Part shown: piece after piece, positions 8,926 to 18,780 of the stretch | Layout of the letters: each line of letters begins with the position of its first letter | How positions within the stretch are numbered: position 1 is the first letter of the stretch | DNA from: Candidatus Poseidoniales archaeon | Lineage (GTDB): Archaea; Thermoplasmatota; Poseidoniia; Poseidoniales; Poseidoniaceae | Reading direction: 5' to 3' | NCBI GenBank assembly: GCA_009887135.1 | Contig: QXYA01000095.1 | Span: 1,414-65,413, forward strand | DNA: 64,000 bases | Made by a program: the position numbers and the translations under genes | Notes under the pieces: model-generated | What the model was told of the DNA's origin: nothing | What the model saw: the letters and a program-made list of their open reading frames with translations, nothing else | Database searches by the model: none

Positions 8926-11900
8926 TCAAATTTGCATTGTGTCGAGGTATTGCTGACCGTAATATTGCCATTGTTCCATGGTCCATCCTGCTGGAAGACC
9001 GGTTACTGGCAATGGGGGTCCTGCCGGTACTTGTGGTACAGGCATTGGTTGAGCAACTGGTAGAGGCATTTGGGCAACTGGCTGAGGCATCTGTTGTTGG
9101 AAGAGCGGAGCAGCACCACCATACATTGAATTTGCAACTGTATCATGGATAGGAAGAGCACCATCTTGCCAAATAGGGCCATTATCGAAGACCTTCTCTT
9201 CATCATTTCGGCGCATGAGTAGGCCTATGCTTACTGCAAGGAAGAGGACACCGCCGACGATTGCTAGAATGAGCATCAGGTTTCCTGATTCTTCCGTTCC
9301 ATCTCCACCAGTTCCAGATTGAGTGCCCTGTTCCGGACATGAAGATCGTGGATCTTCACATGCAGTTGAGAAAGAAGTCTCCTTTAGAGTGAGCATTTCT
9401 TCCACAGCAGTGATGTCTTCGCCATCTTCTGCCTGGTCAATTTGAAGTTTCAGAGCAGCGATCTCGGCCGTTAGAGAATCAATGTGTGATTGGAGCATTT
9501 CATCATCCATTTGATCAGGTGCTGGCAAATCCTCAAGGACATACCATTTCACACCGGTGAGCGTTTTGTAATCATCTCCATTCGCATCGATTGCAGTAAC
9601 TGTAATTTGGTAATAATCCTTGTAAATAGAGCCAGCAGGACGTGCAAGTTCTCCTTCCATGAAGATAGAAGGAATGTCCAATACAGTACTCCATCCTACG
9701 AGGGAACGGGTAATATCCAGATCTTCCTCATACAAACCATCACAGGTTCCGGTTTCATCATTACAGATGTTCCATGTTGTTGTGATGGATGTGAATACAG
9801 GCGCAGAATCGGTCATAAACAAATTCGCAGTTGGGTATTGGCCAATGTACGTATCTTCCATGTCAACATAGAAGTGCCCACTACCATCGTTTTCCTTTGC
9901 CACAAAGAGTGGGTACGAATCGAATACGTCAACACTCATTGTGTAGGTATTTGTGTCGTATTGATCGATGGTGTTGATTGTAACAATGTGCATTCCTGAT
10001 CTCTGGAAATTAAGCGTCATAGTTCCATCGATTGGATTGTATTTAGCCGCTCCTTGTTCATCAGATGTAACAGTCATGAATGCCTCATTTGTAGGATTAT
10101 CAACGTCTGTGAGTATTGCCATGAGATTGATTGTTCGTTGTGTATCAATCTTCAAAGTGATTTCCTCAAGGCCAGTGAGGTCGAGACGAGGTGCATCATT
10201 GATAGGGTTGACCTTGATGAGAAGATCTTGGTCTGCGAATTGTTCTCCATCACTTGCACGAAGTGTCACGAGAACTTCTCCATTGACATCGTCATCAACT
10301 GTTTCAAAGACAAGGTTTGTCAAATCGAGGGAGACATCGAATACATCGTTGTTTGAGAGGCCCACAATTTCAAGTTGAAGCATTGAAGCTGAAACTGAAT
10401 TTCCTACGTCATCTGTATCGGAGAGATAAGGGAGCAGACTGAACACGCCGACGGATGCTTCGTCAACGACTTGTGTTGGAAGTGCTTGCCATCGTGGCTG
10501 TCCGTTTTCGAGGACATTGAAGAGAAGGGTTCCGTATGGAAGTTGACCTTGGGCTGAGTAATCTGCCCCGTCATCCATACTGACCTCGATACCTTGTTGC
10601 CCGAGTGGACATCCTTGAGTAGGTGTCCAGGCAAAGAGAACTTCAATTTCTGTTGTTGTTGGATGCCAGGCTACAAAGGATGAATCACTGCTTGTAATGG
10701 ATAATGAGCTCAGAGGCGTTTCAGGATCGACAATGATTCCTGTCATGTCAACCTTCGTTGAGATATCGCACGCAACTGGACTGACTTGGTTTGGAGTAAT
10801 GCCAGGTGCTGCATTCATCAGATCAAATGCATTTGTTGTAGTCGACCATGAAGAGAGTTGTCCTCGTGCGTCAACAGCCCTTGAGCGAAGATCGTACTTT
10901 CCAGCAGCCATATCCATTGTCGGTAGAAGAGAGTATTCTCTTCCTTCGTTTGCAGAGCCGATGTAGAGGATGTTCTGTCCTCCTGTAACGGTGGAGTCAG
11001 ACCAAAGGTTCTGCCCAGCAGGAGAGATTTCAACATCGAATGTCATTGAGTCAATGGTATCGACGTTATCGTTAGCATCACCCTTTGCTAGGACTGAAAA
11101 GTAATTTCCACGGCTGATATCGGTTGTTCCGAGTACCTGCGGGGATTTCGAGGTTGGTGGACGATCATGTTCCAAATCAGTGGTTCGGATATTGTTCGAG
11201 GTTACACTTTCTCCAGTAGTATCGAGTTCAACTCCGAATACAGTCTTCCAGGAATTTGATGGAAGTGAGGATGTATCGAACGATTGCTGTGCAGTCATTG
11301 TGCTCGAAGAACCAGTCGTTGTAATCGTGTTGATTGGTGTGTTTTGACCGATGTAGTTCTTTTGTCCATTGAGTACGTAATAGAACTTGACTGAACCACC
11401 GCTGGTGTAATCAAGGTCGCCTGAGTTAGCAACTGTTGCATCGAGTGTAATGACATCGCCACGAACATAGGAATCAGTGGTTGGGGAAGTAACGGTGAAA
11501 CTTGGTATCGACAAATCCATCTTTGGACCCATTGTTGAGTCAATAGCGTGGTAAACGTGAGGGCTTGTTCCTCCAGCAGATACTTGGTTACCAGTCATCA
11601 AAACACCGATGACGATTGCTTTACTCAATCCACCGGGAACGACGGATGATGGAACACTAGACCACGATGTGGTTTGGGATGTTGCGGTTGGTGCAACGCT
11701 GGCGAATGAACTACCAGAACCAGAACTCTTCGATTTATAGGTATCACCAGCGGTTAGCCAAGCCATCCAACAGTTGTATCCGTGAGGGATTCCTGAAGAG
11801 TAGGAGTATCCTGTGCAGTCTTTGTCAACAAGAGCTGCATAGAGTTTCATGTTGCTGGCTGAACTACCAGAGCCTGTGTATTTGTATGTGATATCGATAT

Positions 11901-12426
11901 CATACGTGCTTCCAGATTGGCTGATAGCAGCAGTCATACCGTAATCATTGACATTCGGGTGCATTCCTCCACCAGAAGAGAACAAGGAGTCATATGTGTC
12001 ATAGTTGGATGAAGCGCCTCCTTGATTCTTGTCAGTTCGATCACCGAAGTAAGCATCAGGAGCACCTCCAGTGGACCAAGCCCAGTTGTATGGAGCAACG
12101 TTTCCTGCACGGCTTGTGTCTGTATCACCGTATGAAGCAGACATGTATGTCAGATATACATATTCATCAGGATGGAGTTGTTTTACTGCGTGGTGCGCAT
12201 CAGAACCACCACCAGTTTTGGAGCAGTGCCCACAATTATCAGATGAGATATATTGTCCAAACACAACGTGTCCTGGACTTGTTGCTGATGAAGCGCCTTT
12301 CACATCTGTTTCATTTTCTAGAATTTTTGGTTCTTTTTCAACAGGGTTTGTAACAAAACCTGTTAATACACTTCCGACGAAAAGTATTACAATTGACAAC
12401 GCGATTGTTTGCATTGAGAGTTTCAT
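8926..12426 (-). CDS. Giant surface protein 1 (1166 aa): signal peptide, Trx-like CGHC motif, Ser/Thr-rich beta domains, cadherin-like NDAP repeats, coiled coil, C-terminal TM anchor, Pro/Gln-rich cytoplasmic tail
   Basis: N-terminal signal peptide MKLSMQTIALSIVILFVGSVL. Motifs VVFGQYISSDNCGHCSK and NPINDAPRLD. TM helix LMLILAIVGGVLFLAVSIGLLM, followed by the tail ...LPAGWTMEQWQYYGQQYLDTMQI. Confidence 0.7.
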   Translation of the reverse strand: MKLSMQTIALSIVILFVGSVLTGFVTNPVEKEPKILENETDVKGASSATSPGHVVFGQYISSDNCGHCSKTGGGSDAHHAVKQLHPDEYVYLTYMSASYGDTDTSRAGNVAPYNWAWSTGGAPDAYFGDRTDKNQGGASSNYDTYDSLFSSGGGMHPNVNDYGMTAAISQSGSTYDIDITYKYTGSGSSASNMKLYAALVDKDCTGYSYSSGIPHGYNCWMAWLTAGDTYKSKSSGSGSSFASVAPTATSQTTSWSSVPSSVVPGGLSKAIVIGVLMTGNQVSAGGTSPHVYHAIDSTMGPKMDLSIPSFTVTSPTTDSYVRGDVITLDATVANSGDLDYTSGGSVKFYYVLNGQKNYIGQNTPINTITTTGSSSTMTAQQSFDTSSLPSNSWKTVFGVELDTTGESVTSNNIRTTDLEHDRPPTSKSPQVLGTTDISRGNYFSVLAKGDANDNVDTIDSMTFDVEISPAGQNLWSDSTVTGGQNILYIGSANEGREYSLLPTMDMAAGKYDLRSRAVDARGQLSSWSTTTNAFDLMNAAPGITPNQVSPVACDISTKVDMTGIIVDPETPLSSLSITSSDSSFVAWHPTTTEIEVLFAWTPTQGCPLGQQGIEVSMDDGADYSAQGQLPYGTLLFNVLENGQPRWQALPTQVVDEASVGVFSLLPYLSDTDDVGNSVSASMLQLEIVGLSNNDVFDVSLDLTNLVFETVDDDVNGEVLVTLRASDGEQFADQDLLIKVNPINDAPRLDLTGLEEITLKIDTQRTINLMAILTDVDNPTNEAFMTVTSDEQGAAKYNPIDGTMTLNFQRSGMHIVTINTIDQYDTNTYTMSVDVFDSYPLFVAKENDGSGHFYVDMEDTYIGQYPTANLFMTDSAPVFTSITTTWNICNDETGTCDGLYEEDLDITRSLVGWSTVLDIPSIFMEGELARPAGSIYKDYYQITVTAIDANGDDYKTLTGVKWYVLEDLPAPDQMDDEMLQSHIDSLTAEIAALKLQIDQAEDGEDITAVEEMLTLKETSFSTACEDPRSSCPEQGTQSGTGGDGTEESGNLMLILAIVGGVLFLAVSIGLLMRRNDEEKVFDNGPIWQDGALPIHDTVANSMYGGAAPLFQQQMPQPVAQMPLPVAQPMPVPQVPAGPPLPVTGLPAGWTMEQWQYYGQQYLDTMQI

Positions 12427-12581
12427 GTTCTTACGGAAGTATAGACCATATATAATCCTATTACTCTCCTGTCAGTGCCCCAATTTGTGATATTATTGAA
12501 AAAAAAACATAAAAAATTGGCCATTAGGAGAATTACTAAACGACTTCCATCGAAAAAACTGATGTTCTCCAACCACTCGGA

Positions 12582-13376
12582 TTGGACATGGCAGACTCCG
12601 AATCGGTTGCGTTGATGGAAGAAAATGGCAAGATTCACATCGTGAGCATGATCGACAATACCATCAAAATCAAAGGTATTGGTGTCGTCAATCCACTGAA
12701 AGAATTTTCTCAGTTGAAAGACGGAGAAGAAACTCATATTGGATCCAAAATCCTTCTTAGACTTCCTACACGATTGCCCGAACTTATCTCGGGAATGAAA
12801 CGAAGGGCCCAAACGATTGGTTCGAAAGATGCAGGCGTCCTTATTGCACGACATGGAATCGGAGCTGACGACATCGTGTTGGAAGCAGGATTGGGTTCCG
12901 GCGGACTTTCCATGCATTTAGCAAGAGTTATCGGACCAAGTGGTCATCTCATTACAGTCGAACCACGCGAGGAACATGCTCATGTCGGATTAGAAAATCT
13001 CCAGACCCTTTCACAATGTATGGTTGAATTCCCAAATCACAGTCATATCGATGGACGTATCGAAGATGTGGTTGAAGAAATCAAAAAGCATGCTGAACAT
13101 GTTGATGCAATTCTTCTGGATTTACCCGAACATCCACCTGCGATTGAAGCTGTTGCCCCTTTGCTAAAGGTTGGAGCACGTATCTCCTGTTACTGCCCAG
13201 TAACCAGCCAACTCGAGAAAGCGTGGATTGCCTGTGAAGAGGCAGGATTACACGTTGAATGGGCTGGAGAGATCATCGAACGGGAATGGGGGAAGGCAAG
13301 CAGAGGCGGTGTACGCCCGGTGAATGGACCCTTTGGCCATACTGCGTTCTTATTGTTGGCTCAACGACGAAAGTGA
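12582..13376 (+). CDS. trmI: tRNA (adenine57/58-N1)-methyltransferase TrmI
   Basis: SAM-binding motif EAGLGSGGLSMHLARVIGPSGHLITVE. Overall Gcd14/TrmI organisation. 264 aa. Confidence 0.8.
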   Translation: MDMADSESVALMEENGKIHIVSMIDNTIKIKGIGVVNPLKEFSQLKDGEETHIGSKILLRLPTRLPELISGMKRRAQTIGSKDAGVLIARHGIGADDIVLEAGLGSGGLSMHLARVIGPSGHLITVEPREEHAHVGLENLQTLSQCMVEFPNHSHIDGRIEDVVEEIKKHAEHVDAILLDLPEHPPAIEAVAPLLKVGARISCYCPVTSQLEKAWIACEEAGLHVEWAGEIIEREWGKASRGGVRPVNGPFGHTAFLLLAQRRK

Positions 13377-13377
13377 T

Positions 13378-16300
13378 TCAGAATTTCGGAGCAGATCCGT
13401 ATTCAACCACTCGAATGTTGGACTCACACGTTGGACAATTGAATCTGAATGGAGGTTCGCTTCCACCAGGAACTGCAAGCCTCGCTTCACATGATGGGCA
13501 AGTAATTCGGCGATTGCTATCTATTCGACATTCATTGGGCCCCAATGCATATTCCTTCTCTTCCTCATCTTCCTTTTCTTCCTCTTCTCCTTCTTCATCA
13601 GAAGTCGGTTTGTTGGAAGGGGATCGGTATTTTATGACCAGTAGAGCAAGAGCGAACAACACATAACCTGCCGCCATAATCTTGAATGTTGCATCGCCTC
13701 CAATTTCAATTCCAAGAATTGTGATCCCTTCAGGAGGTTGAGCCTTTCCTTCCAAATCTACATCGATAACAGAAGATTCTGCATCGACACTGCTTCCATC
13801 GACTTGCACCAATGCTCGAACTTTCAACTCTGCTGATGTGGCTTGCGTTGATATTGCATTAAGGCGGACAACAAAGATTTCTGATGCTCCTGGGCTGAGT
13901 GTAAACAGGTCTGTCTTCTCACCAGCAGTATTGTTCCATTGAACATCGAAAACGCCGTCCCCTACACCGAGTAGAGTCAGACGTCCTGTAATGTCGATGT
14001 TGGCGAGATTTGTTACCGTGACTGAAGTAGATGAACCACCCATGTATGGGACATCAAGTGACGTAGCATCAACTGAAATTGACACAACTGATGCTGAATC
14101 CCAAGAGGCTTCGACATTGTAAGTGGCGACTTCACTGTACACGTAATCAGAACGTGCAGATGACACAACACGAAGACTGAATGCGTTTGTGCCTGCCAAG
14201 GCATCTTCTGAAACATCACATGTCCATGCAAGAGGAGAAGATGAAGCGCCCGGTGAAAGGGTGACGGATTCGGTAAGAGTACATGATAATCCAACCGAAC
14301 TTATTGAAAATTGATCAGCACTGTTTCCTGTATTTGTAACAGAGACAGTACCATCGATTGTACCACCAGCTATTGAAGAATCGTCATTGACAAGAATGGT
14401 CAAGTCTGCACCCGCATCCATTGAAAAGAGGGTGATTATAACGAAGTCTGTCGCCTCTGAATCGAGAGTTGAAGTAACTTGTATGTTGATTGGAAGGCCT
14501 GTTTCGGGAGCGCCGGTGGAAGACTCACGTACTCCGAGAACGATTGTTTCTGATTGACCCACACCAAGAACAACCGAGGTTTGGGATAATGATAGTTCGA
14601 AATACGTCGAAGATTCACCGGATTCAAGTGAAAGAAGGAACGTGTCTTGCATTGTACCGATGTTGGTCACTTCAATGGTGACATTTGTGATTGCAGATGG
14701 GCCAGCAATGGCTTGATTGGTATTCGCATTAAGCTGAGCGAGGCTTCGATCGATAACTTGTAATTCAAGAGGAAGCAAGGAATCAGGCGCATCGGATACA
14801 AGACGTATACTCAACGAGTCAGTACGTGCGTTCATAGCAGCAGAGGCTGTAACATTCAACTGAGCAACATATAATTCACCAGATGCAAGTGTTATCGAAG
14901 ATACATCGCTTAATTCAGCACTCACGCCTCCAGGCAATCCTGAGATGGTGAAGGTGGTGAGTGAAACATTGGATGTACCCACATTTTCAATGACAATGTC
15001 AATCGATGCTGATTGACCAGGTTGTACGACGATCCGACCATCGAGGGTACCTGATAATTCCAATTCTAGAACAGGTTGAACATCAAATGGCAACGTTGTG
15101 TTTAATGTTTGAAGCGAATCGTGAGTTACAGATACTGTTCGTTCGTTGAGTCCAAGTGAAGCGAAGGCGGCTATTGCGCTGAGTGTCCACGTAGCAGACT
15201 GCCCGGAAGCAACTGTCACGGAGGATGCTGTGTCCAAGGTCAGAGCAACATGAGCTGAGGCATTGCTTACGATTTGTAATGAGAACGTTTCAGTTTCGCT
15301 CCCTGTATTGAAAACTCGCACTTCAAGAGTTTCCTCTATTCCTGGAGTAAGAAGCATCGCTCCTGATGGACCCTGGACGGTGAAGTCAACCTTACGATCG
15401 ACTTCAAAGGAGAAATCGCGAACGAAAGAAACTGAAGAATCTTCAGAGAGCGTGTTGATTATTCGAACCGAGCAAACGTCTCCTATATTCCCGCTACTTC
15501 CTACATCAACTGCAAACGGTATATCTGCGACCTCATCTATTGCAAACGTTGTCTCTGCTGTAAGTAATGCAACTGTGCAAGGGCCACTTAACACGGACAG
15601 TGAGTGCGAGTATGTTGATTCGGTTGTACCTTGATTTGTTATGGAAAGGGTGGTGTTGGTCTGCTCTCCTGGAATGAATTCATCTGTGCTAGCAAGGAAA
15701 TCAACTTGCAGACCATATGTTGCTTGAACATCGATGACGATGAGGGTCGATGTTGAGAGATTACCCATCAAAGATCCAGCATGCAATCGTACGCCTGTTG
15801 CGCCGGGAAGTGCATCAGATGGTATTGAAATCCGTAGTGTAGAGGACTCTACATTTTGAGCGGATAGATTCTCGATTTGATCATCAAGCCATCGTACTTC
15901 CCAACCAGGCGGGAATGCTGAATGCTGATTCATTGGCTGAATCGCTCCTGAAGTTTCCCATGGGTAATCGTATTCAGATGAGCCATTGAAAACAACTTCA
16001 GCAGCGGTTTGTTGGAGTGTCAGTCGTAATGCAGCATCCATTGTAGTATTATCAGTCAATCCAACTGGGGAATCTCCTGTTAAAGCAGAAAACAAGACAC
16101 ATGCTGCGAGATAGGAACCCGACGTCGAAGGATGGCTTCCATCACTTTGGTACAGACCATAAAACGTCGAAGTAGGCGACTGCGGATTGCCACCAGATGC
16201 GATGATTGAATCGTGAATGTGTTTGAACGCTAATCCGACAGGTGCAATGTGGATATCAGCAGATGTCTGGGATGAAATGTTGTCTCTGTAATCGATGTAG

Positions 16301-17373
16301 CCTTGTTCAAGTCGGTCTTGCATTACAGTATAATTTGAGAACAATATCGGATTGGTTGGATCGCCACTTCGATAGCCCCAAGTCATCATTAGCATGGTTG
16401 ATCCACCTTCTGTATCAACACGTTCTGCCAAATTTACGCTTGCATTTTTACTAGCAATCCAATCTGAATTAGAGCGCGAAAATCCAGGTATCTGAGATTG
16501 GTCTTGAAGAACGACTGTGTCCCAAACACCTGATGCTAATGAAAGATTTTGAGCGCTCGAAGAAGTGTTCACGCTCGACCAGTGCCCAGCAAGGGTTTGA
16601 CCACCAGCAGTGAAATCAGATGTATTACTTGGACTCCCTGCACTCCTTAGCATTTCTTCGACCATCGATGAGAGGCCATTCTGAGAAGTATATGAATTTC
16701 CGAACATCAGAACATCACTGACAGACATCGACCATGAGGGGACTGAAGAGGTTGTATTGGAACCCGTAGTATTCGAGGTATAATTCGTCCACCATCCCGA
16801 CAAATCAGGCTCTTCTTGTACGCTTAGAAGGTATGAGTCTGTCACTGAACCAAGATTTGAGACTGGTAATTGCAGATCGACTGATTGGCCAGGCTGAAGA
16901 GCAAGCAGACCATTGTCTCCTACACCACTTGCATCAATCGAAGGATGGTACACAAGAGCGACTGATACATATACGTCAATCGTCGAAGTTGCAACACCGC
17001 CAGTTTCGTTTACGATAAGCGTGAACATTCCGTTATCGGAAGGTGTTGCTGATTCAAGGAGTTGAACAACAATTGTCGTCGTCGCATTGTAAGTTGGCAG
17101 AACATGGGAAACAGTTGCAGCGGTTGGTGTTGCAGACCATACGTTGGACAACCCAGTTGTTGATGATTCCACCGAGTAAGTCTCAATGGACGAACCATTA
17201 TTTTCGATAACCAGTGAGAGGTTGACCGATTCACCAGGAACAAGGATCATGTGCGGTGTGTCAACAGAGAGCACGATTGTTGAATCTGCTTTTGCTGTAA
17301 AGGCAAGTGGAGAAGCACTTGCTGCAAGCATCAAAAGGACCAAAACTACGGCACGCGAGTGAGTTTTCGACAT
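13378..17373 (-). CDS. Giant surface protein 2 (1331 aa): signal peptide, SGNH/GDSL-like hydrolase-like domain, many Ig-like repeats, TM anchor, poly-Glu linker and cytoplasmic C4 zinc ribbon
   Basis: Signal peptide MSKTHSRAVVLVLLMLAASASPLA. SGNH-like blocks are LMFGNSYTSQNG (I) and DGSHPS (V). TM helix AAGYVLFALALLVI. Acidic stretch EEGEEEEKEDEEEKE, followed by CPSCEARL...CPTCESNI. Confidence 0.7.
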   Translation of the reverse strand: MSKTHSRAVVLVLLMLAASASPLAFTAKADSTIVLSVDTPHMILVPGESVNLSLVIENNGSSIETYSVESSTTGLSNVWSATPTAATVSHVLPTYNATTTIVVQLLESATPSDNGMFTLIVNETGGVATSTIDVYVSVALVYHPSIDASGVGDNGLLALQPGQSVDLQLPVSNLGSVTDSYLLSVQEEPDLSGWWTNYTSNTTGSNTTSSVPSWSMSVSDVLMFGNSYTSQNGLSSMVEEMLRSAGSPSNTSDFTAGGQTLAGHWSSVNTSSSAQNLSLASGVWDTVVLQDQSQIPGFSRSNSDWIASKNASVNLAERVDTEGGSTMLMMTWGYRSGDPTNPILFSNYTVMQDRLEQGYIDYRDNISSQTSADIHIAPVGLAFKHIHDSIIASGGNPQSPTSTFYGLYQSDGSHPSTSGSYLAACVLFSALTGDSPVGLTDNTTMDAALRLTLQQTAAEVVFNGSSEYDYPWETSGAIQPMNQHSAFPPGWEVRWLDDQIENLSAQNVESSTLRISIPSDALPGATGVRLHAGSLMGNLSTSTLIVIDVQATYGLQVDFLASTDEFIPGEQTNTTLSITNQGTTESTYSHSLSVLSGPCTVALLTAETTFAIDEVADIPFAVDVGSSGNIGDVCSVRIINTLSEDSSVSFVRDFSFEVDRKVDFTVQGPSGAMLLTPGIEETLEVRVFNTGSETETFSLQIVSNASAHVALTLDTASSVTVASGQSATWTLSAIAAFASLGLNERTVSVTHDSLQTLNTTLPFDVQPVLELELSGTLDGRIVVQPGQSASIDIVIENVGTSNVSLTTFTISGLPGGVSAELSDVSSITLASGELYVAQLNVTASAAMNARTDSLSIRLVSDAPDSLLPLELQVIDRSLAQLNANTNQAIAGPSAITNVTIEVTNIGTMQDTFLLSLESGESSTYFELSLSQTSVVLGVGQSETIVLGVRESSTGAPETGLPINIQVTSTLDSEATDFVIITLFSMDAGADLTILVNDDSSIAGGTIDGTVSVTNTGNSADQFSISSVGLSCTLTESVTLSPGASSSPLAWTCDVSEDALAGTNAFSLRVVSSARSDYVYSEVATYNVEASWDSASVVSISVDATSLDVPYMGGSSTSVTVTNLANIDITGRLTLLGVGDGVFDVQWNNTAGEKTDLFTLSPGASEIFVVRLNAISTQATSAELKVRALVQVDGSSVDAESSVIDVDLEGKAQPPEGITILGIEIGGDATFKIMAAGYVLFALALLVIKYRSPSNKPTSDEEGEEEEKEDEEEKEYALGPNECRIDSNRRITCPSCEARLAVPGGSEPPFRFNCPTCESNIRVVEYGSAPKF

Positions 17374-17437
17374 GGGACCACTTCAAGCGAGGTGCCTTTA
17401 GCACTTGAGCGAATCGGCTACTGGGCGTTAAAAATCC

Positions 17438-18682
17438 TCAGAAGTTCGTGAGATTTTCAATTCGTGAAGCGTCAAGGCGTTCCCAAGGGAAATGGCCTTG
17501 ATCTGTAGCATGGCGACCGAAATGACCGCCAGCAGCAGTTACTTTGTAAATCGGACGAAGTAAATCCAGGTCTTTGGCAATAGCAGCTGGTCTGAAATCA
17601 AAAGTACTCTTGACACGACGTGCGAGTTCTGAATCAGAAACGACACCCGTTCCAAACGAATCTACCATGAGACTGACTGGTTTTGCAACGCCAATCACGT
17701 AAGCAAGTTGAATTTCAAATCGTGTAGCTAGGCCTGCTGCAACAACATGTTTAGCAGCCCATCGCGCCGCATAAGCTGCACTCCGGTCTACTTTTGAGGG
17801 ATCCTTGCCACTGAAGGCACCTCCGCCATGGCGTCCCATTCCACCGTACGTATCGACAATGATCTTTCGTCCAGTCAATCCAGCATCTGCATATGGGCCA
17901 CCTGGGTCTGCAAAACGACCTGTTCCGTTGACGATGAGAGTATACTCTGAGGAGAGAAGCTCAGAAGGGATTACGTATTCTACAACGTGTTTTTTGATTT
18001 GTTCCCGTACATGTTGAAGTTCTTGCTCGACAGAACCATCGAATTGGTCTTTCAGATGTTTATCGTGTTGAATTGCAACAATGATCGTATCGACTCCAAT
18101 GATTTCACCTTCCTCGTTGTAGGCTACCGAGACTTGTGATTTCCCATCGGGTCGAGCCCATGGTAGGATGTTTTCTTCACGTACTGTGGTCAGTCTTCGA
18201 GATAAACGTTGAGACAGTGCAGCAGAAAGAGGGAAATATCGTCCTTTTAATTCGTCATATTGTTCAGTTTCAGTGCAAGCAAAACCGAACATGAGACCTT
18301 GGTCACCTGCACCTTGGGAATCAAGTGTCTGCCGATCGACACCCTGATTGATGTAAGCAGACTGGGTGGTAACATAGACCAAAACATCACACAAATCTGG
18401 ATTCGTAGCATCCATTCCAATGGCATGCGAATCATAACCGATGTTGGCTGCTGCTTGACGGGCAATAGCGTCATAATTAGGAGCGGGAGCGTCCAGAGAC
18501 ACTTCCCCTGCAAGGATGATTACGCTCTTGTCGTCCATCCCTTTGACGCAGGTTTCAACTGCAACGCGTGCATTTGAATCAAGCGCAAGACAAGCATCGA
18601 CAATTGCATCTGAGATGGCATCACACAACTTATCTGGATGGCCACTGGTTACTGACTCTGAAGTGAAGATGTCATCTTCCAT
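17438..18682 (-). CDS. metK: S-adenosylmethionine synthetase, bacterial/eukaryal type
   Basis: Signature FTSESVTSGHPDKLCDAISDAIVDA. 414 aa with the MetK central and C-terminal domains. Confidence 0.9.
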   Translation of the reverse strand: MEDDIFTSESVTSGHPDKLCDAISDAIVDACLALDSNARVAVETCVKGMDDKSVIILAGEVSLDAPAPNYDAIARQAAANIGYDSHAIGMDATNPDLCDVLVYVTTQSAYINQGVDRQTLDSQGAGDQGLMFGFACTETEQYDELKGRYFPLSAALSQRLSRRLTTVREENILPWARPDGKSQVSVAYNEEGEIIGVDTIIVAIQHDKHLKDQFDGSVEQELQHVREQIKKHVVEYVIPSELLSSEYTLIVNGTGRFADPGGPYADAGLTGRKIIVDTYGGMGRHGGGAFSGKDPSKVDRSAAYAARWAAKHVVAAGLATRFEIQLAYVIGVAKPVSLMVDSFGTGVVSDSELARRVKSTFDFRPAAIAKDLDLLRPIYKVTAAGGHFGRHATDQGHFPWERLDASRIENLTNF

Positions 18683-18780
18683 GAACTTCCGCTACTGTAC
18701 TCATTATCAAAGGTTTGCCTGCTGAATCGAGCATGGATTTACAGCGATTCCTATTTGTACGGCACCATACAGGAATTCAC

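Noticed and set aside
8926-9100. C-terminal tails of the surface proteins as archaeosortase (PGF-CTERM/PEF-CTERM) sorting signals
   Set aside because: Archaeosortase signals place the motif immediately before the TM helix, followed by a very short basic tail. Here the tails run 40-130 aa beyond the TM helix and lack PGF/PEF.
9490-12490. Numerous 60-170 aa ORFs antisense or out of frame inside the giant surface-protein genes (for example 9490-9999, 9968-10378, 11994-12353, 12071-12490, and many inside 38784-47966)
   Set aside because: They are shadow ORFs of very long, compositionally biased coding regions. They have no independent start context or recognisable domains.
12423-12917. 164-aa minus-strand ORF overlapping trmI
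   Set aside because: The plus-strand frame encodes a clearly recognisable TrmI with a SAM-binding motif. The antisense ORF has no recognisable features.
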